From: Camelus dromedarius
Lineage: Eukaryota
Assembly (NCBI RefSeq): GCF_036321535.1
Contig: NC_087436.1
Location: forward strand, 13,826,001-13,890,000
Length of the DNA: 64,000 bases
Reading direction: 5' to 3'
Part shown: one piece after another, positions 55,601-64,000 of the stretch
Position numbering within the stretch: position 1 is the first letter of the stretch
Layout: every line of letters begins with the position of its first letter
Position numbers and translations under genes: made by a program
Notes under the pieces: generated by a model
The model's database searches: none
Told to the model about the DNA's origin: nothing
What the model saw: only the letters and a program-made list of their open reading frames with translations

Positions 55601-56172
55601 ATGCAAGGATTTTTCAGTATCCACAAATCAACCAATGCGATACAGCACATTAACAAACTGAAGAATAAAAGCCATATGATCATCTTAGTAGGTGCAGAAA
55701 AAGCTTTTGACAAAATTCAACATTCATTCATGATAAAAACTTTCAAAGTGGGAATAGAGGGAACATACCTCAACACATTAAAGGCTATATATAATAAGCC
55801 CCCAGTTAACATTACACTCAAAATACTCAATGGTGAAAAGCTGAAAGCATTTTCTCTAAGATCAAGAACAAGACAATGATGTCCACTCTCATAACTTTTA
55901 TTCAGCATAGTTTTGGAAGCCCTTGCCAGAGCAATCAGACAGTAAAAAGAAATAAAAGGAATCCAAACTGGAAATGAAGACCATCACTGGTTGCAGATGA
56001 CATGATACAATACATAGAAAATCTTCAAGATGCCACCAAAAAACTATTAGAACTAAAACTGAATTCAGTAAAGTTGTAGGATACAAAATTAATATACAGA
56101 CATCTGTTGCTTTTCTAAACACTAAAAACAAACCATCAGAAAGAGAAATTTAGAACACAGTCCCGTTCACTC
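52700..56172 (+). mobile_element. Decayed L1: part of 5'UTR, ORF1, inter-ORF spacer, ORF2 endonuclease and part of RT; 3'-truncated
   Basis: ORF1 remnant 53542-53970 (IQEAQRAPNRINPKRTTPRH), EN remnant 54592-55355 (RDKEGHYIMIKGSI, IIIVGDF), RT remnant 55583-55879 ([18 protein letters not shown]); deletion near 55290. Confidence 0.95.
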
Positions 56173-56317
56173 AGCCTTTTCTCACTAGTATAAACAATTT
56201 GGTTGAGGTACTGACGTCTTCCACGTGTTCTCGAACATAACTTCATTTTCCTTCACCAAGAAAGAGAACAATAGGTTAAATAAATAAACATTCACTCTGG
56301 AAATGGAGAAAACAAGC

Positions 56318-56323
56318 TTTATT
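56318..56323 (-). terminator. TRIM2: Probable distal poly(A) signal of TRIM2
   Basis: AATAAA on the minus strand followed about 25-50 nt later by gtgaatgtttatttatttaacc (GU/U-rich downstream element). Confidence 0.6.
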
Positions 56324-58549
56324 GTAAGGACTTGAGATTTTGTGCATGGTAAAGGTATACACACGAATCTTGTTTCTCCTATCTTCAAGACAGAATTAAT
56401 TTAAGGATTTATTGTAGACTAAAGCATCCAAAATACTGTGGTACGTATGTAGCTACGAACGTACAAACACTTTGATGCAGAGCGTTCATTCTTTTCTTTA
56501 AATAGGCAGTCAGCATTTTGATTCATAAAGGAACAAATGATGAGAATGTATCAGTATCAATGTCAGAGAGCACAAGACTTAGTGTTGTACACACAGAACG
56601 TATGAAACAGACCTATTAAGATGGAATGTATAAAATTTAAAAAGAAAAAAAAAAGAAGCAAAACTCCCTCATATTCATACATAGGATTGAAAGGCTATAG
56701 AATTGAGAATGATACAAAGAATTCTAAGAATACACTCTGTTGATGACAGAACATTCCCATGTCATAAAGCAAAGACGTTGAGTTTAAGGCTGTGTTGCTT
56801 TCAAAAGTTAATGGAAGTGCTGTACATTCATTGGAACAACATAGCCAATTTATTAATCTATTTCAGAATATTAATAGCTCTCAAACATTCTCCACAAACA
56901 GACCACAATCACTGCCACACAATTCATCTTCAGAAAGTTAGATTAACATCATGATTTGTAGCTTACTGCCATTTAAAACAAAACAAAAAATTATTTATTT
57001 ATACCAAACAAATCTTTAATGGGCACTTAGTTTCCTTTATGGCAATGCTAGATTCCTAGTTATCAAAAATATTAAAATAATTGTAAAGTTTAAAACCCTG
57101 CAACATTTACAGAATGCAACAGTATTACGACTTTTGATTTTAAGCAAAATTAGATGATGTTTGCAGCAAGTAGCTTCCGTTTTATCCTACCTGGAAATGT
57201 ATTTTTAAATTATTAAACTAAAAATATTCCTCCTTTTTCAGAAGCTGGTGAGTAGGGAGGATATTATAGAGTTCAAATGTACATAAAGACTTTTCCCATC
57301 TGAAGTAATCTGTGGATTACCTGATGTTTATTTGCTATTTCCTCCCATTAACTCGATAGGCATTACCAAAGCATTTGCATGAATCCTCCAGTATTAAGGA
57401 GCCATAGACACTTGCTTCTGCACTACTATTCCATCTAACTCCGTTAGGACATACCCTGTATCTCCAGTAGTAGAAGCAAGTGTCTTCTATTTGCATGGAC
57501 CTGTTAGCGTTGATTTGCCTCAAATCTAGTCAAAGAGTAAACTGAAATAAGAAAACTTGGGGACTTTAGTTACTAGAGACTAAAGTTTTGATTAAGATAC
57601 TAAGAACCATGTTTTTCAATGGCTAACAGTCATAAAGGTTTTATTCATGTGTTTCTAGACGGTCAAGCGACTCTCCTCCCAACTCCCCATGTCCAGCAGG
57701 GGAGGCTGTATCAGAGATGCAGTTACTAGCATCCGTAGCTAGTAACTGGGGGAGGGAATGCGTTGTCACTGACCTTTACATTCTAACTGGCAATATTTTG
57801 CCGTAAGTGCCCAGGGGAAATTCGAATGGGTAATTTTCAGTGCTACTTATCATGAATGTATGACAGGTTCTGTACACTTGACAAAGAGAAATCAAACAAT
57901 AATGGTAGCCCAGAAAAAAAGTCACTTATTTTAATAGCCTTCTCAGTTTACCAGAAACCATTTTCCATAGAATGTGACACAATTTCATTTAAATCTTGTC
58001 TATTCGTACCTTATCAGCAGCACTTTTCCCCTAAAATATGTTTACCAAGAAATACAGTAAATGCACATATATATCCAAATTTGAAATGTTACCTATACTT
58101 TAACATATATGATTACATATATTTTGGGGAAAAATATAGTGTTTCCTGGAGTGCTCGTAGCCTATGTTTTAGAAACAGAGAGTGGAACAGGTCTGAATCA
58201 AAGTATTTCTTCTTTCATTCCAGTTTCATTCCAATATTGCCGTGTAAAAAAATTCGTTTTGTATTCAATCTACTACTAAGATATCCAGTCTGATACGGTA
58301 TGATGGCTGGTAAATTTCAGAATTCACAAGTATAACTTAAATGTGCAAAAAACCCCTTTAAAGTAAACTAATCTTAAGATCAATGGCCTGTGACAGAATC
58401 TAAATAGGAAGCTGTTTTCACTTGGGAAAAATAAACTAAAATTAATTTAACTAATTTAAAAAGTTTTCTTTTAAACTTTCCAGGAGCTATCAAGAGTTTA
58501 GCTTATTAGCTTTTATGCAGAACACTAGTAAATGGTAAAATGCAACTCC

Positions 58550-58670
58550 CTCCCTAGAGTGAAAACTCCAAAGGGGCAGGGATTTCTGTCTGTTTTATCC
58601 ATCACTTTATCCTCAGTGCCTAGAACAGTGCCTGGCATCCCATAGGCACTCATTAAATATGAATGTTTAA
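58550..58670 (+). mobile_element. L2 3'-end fragment inside the TRIM2 3'UTR
   Basis: ctagagtgaaaactccaaaggggcagggatttctgtctgtttt...cagtgcctagaacagtgcctggca...aaatatgaatg. Confidence 0.75.
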
Positions 58671-60675
58671 ATGCAAAGACTTATTTAGCACTGACATTAG
58701 GAAACAGTGTCTTAGTTTAACATTCTAAAAATTTATTTAATTTTATAACTTTATCACAGACAGTCTCAAATATTTTGAAAACTCTACCTAACTAAAAAAT
58801 ACGAAACCTAAACATAAATCTTCCTGAAAAAAAATTTTTTTCAGAGGCTGATTTGGGCATAAGAAATTTGATAGATAATTGGAAGTAGCTAGATTTCCAT
58901 TTTAAATTTTTAAAAGTCCTATATAAGAGAATGGCTGAATTATAAATTAATAGAAATAAACATCACATTCATAGAGTTATATGTATGGGAAGTGTTTCCT
59001 TGTAGTATAGTTCTAAGGTGCTTTCAGTGAAAAAGGTCCCAAAGTCATTATCGAAAATGCCAAACCTGACATCCTATTTGGTAGAACTGAGTAGAAAATT
59101 AAACAGTGGAAACAGACCACTCCTATTTTACAGTATCAGTGACGGATTAACGATTGACTAAATTATTCTCAACATTTCGCAAAATGCACTTATACTTAGT
59201 TTAAATGAAATGTAACTCCAGTTCAACTTTCTTCTTTCCACCTGTTTTTGTTTTTTTGTTTTGTTTTGTTTTTGAAAGCACAGAAGGCCGTTTTTCTGAC
59301 AGAAAGTCAGCCGATACCAGCATTCCTGGAAAATGGCAAAAATTACAGCTGCTTTAGGGTTTGCTCTACCGGGACGGCTTTAAACTGCGCTGCAAAGAAC
59401 GTGTTGCGGAAAGGCTGGCCGATGCTTCTGTCTTTCAGAGTGCTGCCTATTTCAGTAACCAAAGATTCAGCTATATATATATATATATATATGATACATT
59501 CTACCTTACCCTAATCACGTATACATAGTCCTTTAATGCCTCTACTAGTCATTAGACAACGATAAATAACCATAACATGCCCTTACCTGTAATGCTTTCA
59601 AGATAACACAACTTTGGTAACACTTGCTTTCTAAGGGGAAAACCATTAATCAATCACATGCCTTTGGTTGACACCATCAGTCCTCCAAAGGGCTGCTTAT
59701 GGCTCTCTGTCCTAGGATACTGGTGTCCTACTACGTGTGCTGACATTTTGCAGGAGGTAAAGCTTTCGCGTCCATGAAGTGGAAGAGGATAGACAGGTAC
59801 GTGTGAGAACGTGGCACATAAAACGTGACTAACTTTTTCTTGCTTCCAGTCCAGTGTATTAATCTGGAGTTAACAGGGATGTTGGTTTACCAAAAGGTAG
59901 CATTACTATTGTAATATGCTTTTCAAAGTATTAGGAATTTCAGGTTTCCCTGAAAATATACTTTGTATTTTTTTTGTGTGTGTGATACAAGGTGAGCAGG
60001 AGAGAGGTGAAAAGAACACACAAAAAAGGGCTCTGATCTAACCCAGAAAGGATGGGAAATTTGCATTGATTTTTAAGTGCTAAACTCAAGAGGCTTGCTC
60101 ATCCCAGCTGAGAGGATTTTGCAAGACAGTTTTCTTCTTTCCTAAAGTAATTTACATGTAGTTGTTGATAACCAAAAAAAATGTCACAAGGGTAATACCC
60201 ACTGTCAAAGTGAGGTTTGAAGATCCCCTGGGTCTTGTGACCAAGGTTAAATAAAGTATGTAACTACAACAGATTTTCTTTCTGTTTTGTTTTTGGAAGC
60301 TCTGCGCAAAAGCTACCACTCACAGGATGAACAAATACCTTTAAATATTCTAGTTGTTTTTTAATGCTTGTTTGATTTGCAAAATTAGTTTCACTACATA
60401 AATCCCTGTCCCATAAGCCAAGTTCACAGGTGTAAAACTCTGCAGTTTCTGTAGATTCAGTAGAAGAGATTTCCTTTGTTTAAACCCTAAATGTGGATTA
60501 CAGAAATCACATATGCAGTTTTTAAGGAAATGGTTACATTCAGAAATAACCTTGGAAAGTTCACCAATGATTCCTTCTAGCACGAAAAGTCTCGTATAAT
60601 TCTGGTCCTGCGTTGAGATATCCATTCCAGTTTATACTGTAAGATCTTTCTAAGTAGGTGTCCAGCTGCCCGCTG

Positions 60676-60828
60676 TTACTGTAAGTACCGATAGACCTTG
60701 AAACAGTGGTTTCCAGAGTCTGCAACCACCACGTGGCCGTCTGAAGTGAGGGCCAGGCCCTGGGGGCCGTAGAGTGGGTCGGCAGATGTGTTGATGTAGG
60801 ACAAAAATGATCCACTTCCATCGAAAAC
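60676..60828 (-). CDS. TRIM2: TRIM2 last coding exon (final NHL repeat)
   Basis: tttacag|GTTTTC...CAG TAA. Translates [50 protein letters not shown]. Adjacency to MND1 supports TRIM2 over its paralogue TRIM3. Confidence 0.96.
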   Translation of the reverse strand, partial: VFDGSGSFLSYINTSADPLYGPQGLALTSDGHVVVADSGNHCFKVYRYLQ

Positions 60829-61971
60829 CTGTAAATACAGAGTCAGAGTGTGATGGGGAAAGTTAGAGTAATACAATGATTTTTGTATGTTGACCTTGTC
60901 CCCTGTGACCTTGCTGAACTCACTTATTCATTCTAGCTACTGTTTCGTAGGTTTCTTGAGTTTTTTTAACGTAAATAATCATGTTATCTAGAAATAGGGA
61001 GAGTTTATTTCTTTCTAATTTGTAAGCTTGCTATTTCCTTTTCTTTCTCTATTGTGTTGGTTGAAACTTCCAGCACTATGTTGAATAAGAATGGTGAGAG
61101 CAGACATCCTTGCCTTATTCTGATCTTAGAGGAAAAGACTTCAGTCTTTCACCATTAAGTATGGTGTTAGCAGTAGGTTTTCATAAGCGTTCTTTATCAA
61201 ATTGAGAAAGTTCCCAGTTTTCTGAGACTTTTTATTCATGAATAGGTATTGAATCTTACTCAATGCTTTTCTGCATCAACTGATATGATCATATGACTTC
61301 TATTCTTTGGCCTTTTAATATGATGGATTACACTGATTTCTGAATATGGAATCAGGCTTGCATTCTTGGAATAAACCCCACTTGGCCAAGGAAAGATTTT
61401 CACATATTGCTGAATTCTATTTACTAATATTTTGTTAAGTGTTTTTGCATCTATATTCGTGAGGAACATGGTCTGCAGTTTTCTTTTTTTTGTATCATCT
61501 TAGGCTGGTTTTGGTATCATAGCATCAAAAGCTGAGTTGGAAAGTGAATTGTATCTTCTGTTGGTTGGAAGAAACTGAACTGGTGCTAATTGTTTTTTAA
61601 ACATTTGGTAGCATTCTCTAGGGAAACCAGCTGAGTCTGGAGATTTCTTTTCGGGGAGCTTTTCAGTTATTAAACTAAATTTCCTTAATAGCCCTAGGGC
61701 TATCCAAATTATTTACTTTATATTGGGTAAGGTGAGGGGTTTGTACTTTTTGAGAAATTAGTCCATTTCATCTAAGTGGTCAAATGGATGCATGCAGAGT
61801 TGTTCACAGAATTCTTTATTATCCTGTTGATTCCTGTCATGACACTAGTATTTTGTGTCTGTCTTTTTTTCTGTCAGTCTTGCTAGGTTTGTCAGTTTAA
61901 TTGATCTTTTCAAAGAACCAGCTTTCTATTTCATTGATTTCCTCTATTTTTCTTTCTTGAGTTTAACTGAT

Positions 61972-61983
61972 TTCTTTTTTTTT

Positions 61984-62026
<43 letters not shown>

Positions 62027-62471
62027 GAAGTATAGTCAGTTTACAATGTTGTGTCAATTTCTGAAGTACAGCACAGTGCTTCAGTCATATGTGAACATAC
62101 ATATATTTGTTTTCATATTCTTTTTCACCATAAGTTACTACAAGATATTGAATATAGTTCCATGTGCCATACAGTATATTGTTGTTTATCTATTTTATAT
62201 ATATTAGTATCTGCAAATCTTGGACTCCCAATTTATCCCTTCCCAACCTCTTCCCCCTCTGGTGACCATAAGTTTGTTTTCTATGTCTGTGAGTCTGTTT
62301 CTGTTTTGTAAATAAGTTTGTTAGCCGTTTTCTTTAGATTCCACATATAAGTGCTATCATATGGTATTTTTCTTTCTCTTTCTGGCTTATTTCACTTAGA
62401 ATGACGATCTCCAGGTCCATCCATGTTGCTCCAAATGGCATTATTTTATTCTTTTTTATGGCTGAGTAGTA
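61972..62471 (-). mobile_element. Young L1 3' end with (TA)n in its tail, with TSD
   Basis: Reverse of the family at 6.0-6.4 kb and 34.4 kb; TSD TGAGTT(T/G)AACTGAT at 61958-71 and 62472-85; (TA)n at about 61988-62023. Confidence 0.85.
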
Positions 62472-62626
62472 TGAGTTGAACTGATATCTGATACTATCTT
62501 CTCTATTTCCTGCCTTCAGCTTGCTTTCAGTTTGTTTTGCTCTTCTTCTAGTTTCTTGAGGTGGGAGCTTGAGTTCTTGAGACTTGTCCTCTTTTCTGTA
62601 AATATTCAGTGCTATTAATTTCCCTC

Positions 62627-62803
62627 ACAGATAGAATGGTGGTTACCAAGGAGTGAGGATGGGGGAGAAACTGGTCAAAGGGTACAAACTTGCAGTTGGA
62701 AGATGAATCAGTTCTGGGGATCTAATGCACTGGGTGGTTCTTATAGTTATAACACTGTTCTATGTACTTGAAAGTTGCTAAGAGAGTAGATTTGAATGTT
62801 CTC

Positions 62804-62855
<52 letters not shown>

Positions 62856-62997
62856 AATTATGTGTCGTGATGGAAGGTTTAGCTAAAACTACAGTGGTAA
62901 TCATTCTGCAGTATGCAAGTGTTTCAAATCAACATGCTGTATACCTTAAACTTACACAATGCATGTCAGTTATATCTCAATAAAGATAGGGAAAAAA
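62627..62997 (+). mobile_element. L1MA9-like 3'UTR containing a (CA)n microsatellite
   Basis: ggtcaaagggtacaaacttgcagt...gttgctaagagagtagattt...(CA)n at about 62806-62848...atatctcaataaag; approximate TSD aatttcc(c)tc. Confidence 0.8.
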
Positions 62998-63124
62998 AAT
63001 TTCCTCTGGGCAACACTTTAGCTGCATTTCTCGAACTTTGATACGCAATTTTGCGTTTTCATTCAGTCCAATGTATTTTTAAATTTTTCTTGAGACTTCC
63101 TCTTTGACTCATGAGTTATTTAGC

Positions 63125-63726
63125 AGAATAATATTTTTAAATGCATGAAACAAAATACATGGGATTATAAAGGAAAATCATCATAATCAAAGACGGTTAT
63201 CAAAATGTGATGGAATTGTGACATAGTAATATGTATGCTTTTCAAATTAACAAAGTAAATAACAAGAAACAATGATGGGTCTCATAATGACTGACCTTAA
63301 AGTCATGATGAATATAAATGATAATTTGAGATATCTGCAACTGTAATATGAAAATTTCTGTAATTTCTCTTGGTGACAAAGTTACAGGTCTTACTAAAAC
63401 TGTAATTGTTGCCTATATTCATAATTAAAGCAAATTATAATTTTCAGTTAGAAGTTAGTAAAAATAAGGGGGAGGGTACAGCTCAAGTGGTAGAGCTCAT
63501 GCTTAACATGCATGAGGTCCTGGGTTCAATCCCCAGTACCTCCTCTAAAAATAAGTAAGCCTAATTACCTCCCCTCCCCCCACCTGCCAAAATAAAATAA
63601 TAAATAAAATATTTTTTTAAAAAAGAGTTAGTAAAAATAATAATGTGATATTTTTGTACAATGGACTTCTTGAATTCTCGCCACAAACCTTTTTTGGGTC
63701 TGTGGGATACATGCTAAGAATCCCTG
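63125..63726. mobile_element. Old hAT DNA transposon fragment (Zaphod-like), interrupted by a SINE
   Basis: tttgagatatctgcaactgtaatatgaaaat...ggtgacaaagttacagg...ttgcctatattcataatt...ttcagttagaagttagt...taagaatccctg; family name from recall. Confidence 0.5.
63468..63625 (+). mobile_element. tRNA-derived SINE (Vic-1-like, camelid)
   Basis: GGGGGAGGGTACAGCTCAAGTGGTAGAG...GGGTTCAATCCCCAGTACCTCC; perfect 15-bp TSD AGTTAGTAAAAATAA at 63453-67 and 63626-40. Confidence 0.9.
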
Positions 63727-63924
63727 AGTTAGAAGGTTTCAGTTTGGGAATATGTTGACTTTTTTCTACTCCGCTTTCCTGAATCTGGTACTTCCGGTGA
63801 GATTTACAGCCTTATTACCTAACCAATGAAGGAATGGGAAACATTCCAGTTAAGGGGACAGCCAGTTCTTTACTTTTAACAAATACCAATCACTCTAAAC
63901 AAACAAATCAGCGTTTTAATCTAC

Positions 63925-64000
63925 CTGAATCCTACTGTTTCCCCAGTCGGCTACAATGATGTTTCCGTTTGAATCCACCGCTACACCCGTTGGAGCGTTA
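63925..64000 (-). CDS. TRIM2: TRIM2 penultimate coding exon (partial, cut by the window edge)
   Basis: Translates NAPTGVAVDSNGNIIVADWGNSRIQ then |gtag donor; NHL repeat; joins the last exon in phase 0. Confidence 0.95.

Larger units (their letters stand above)
56300..60675 (-). other. TRIM2: TRIM2 3'UTR (about 4.4 kb, 3' end inferred)
   Basis: Nearly repeat-free AU-rich tract following the stop codon, ending at an AATAAA with a downstream U/GU-rich element. Confidence 0.7.
60872..63115 (-). mobile_element. Old L1 ORF2 fragment in the TRIM2 last intron, interrupted by two younger L1 3' ends
   Basis: ORF 61260-61469 (NIDAKTLNKILVNRIQQY, HMIISVDAEK). Host sequence resumes at about 62486-62626 and 63000-63115. 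Confidence 0.85.

Noticed and set aside
53418..56131. ORFs with endonuclease and reverse-transcriptase motifs as a possible novel RT system
   Set aside because: Ordinary fragmented L1 ORF1/ORF2 with stops, frameshifts and deletions
57856..58293. 145-aa plus-strand ORF antisense to the TRIM2 3'UTR
   Set aside because: Composition typical of random AT-rich sequence; no promoter, splice or homology support
58824..58844. Near-perfect palindrome CTG-A8-T7-CAG in the TRIM2 3'UTR
   Set aside because: Low-complexity and short; expected by chance in AT-rich DNA
60350..60821. 86-aa alternative-frame ORF over the TRIM2 last exon and 91-aa ORF in the proximal 3'UTR; possible stop read-through
   Set aside because: Both are out of frame with TRIM2 and have no recognisable homology. 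The stop is TAA, a poor read-through context, and the next in-frame stop comes after 32 codons.

Overview
Mammalian genomic DNA, very probably camelid (two Vic-1-like tRNA-derived SINEs and several related lineage-specific L1 3' ends). On the minus strand the window holds the 3' end of TRIM2 (part of the penultimate exon, the last coding exon and a ~4.4 kb 3'UTR). About 11 kb downstream lie the CpG-island promoter and coding exons 1-6 of the meiotic recombination gene MND1, all with GT-AG boundaries and an intact 466-nt reading frame; the remaining exons lie beyond the left edge. The rest is intron or intergenic DNA dense in L1, L2, MIR, MaLR/ERV LTRs and Tigger/hAT DNA transposons, which explain most of the recognisable ORFs in the ORF track. 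I see no convincing new multi-gene system. The best unexplained signals are a decayed ~80%-identical copy of MND1 exon 6 in intron 5 that has its own donor site and an in-frame stop (candidate poison exon), a tailless TSD-flanked L1 5'-end retrocopy, a tRNA-Lys fragment ending at the anticodon loop, and a MER41-like solo LTR next to the MND1 promoter. Gene and repeat names come from recall, not from a database search, and repeat boundaries are approximate unless TSDs are given.
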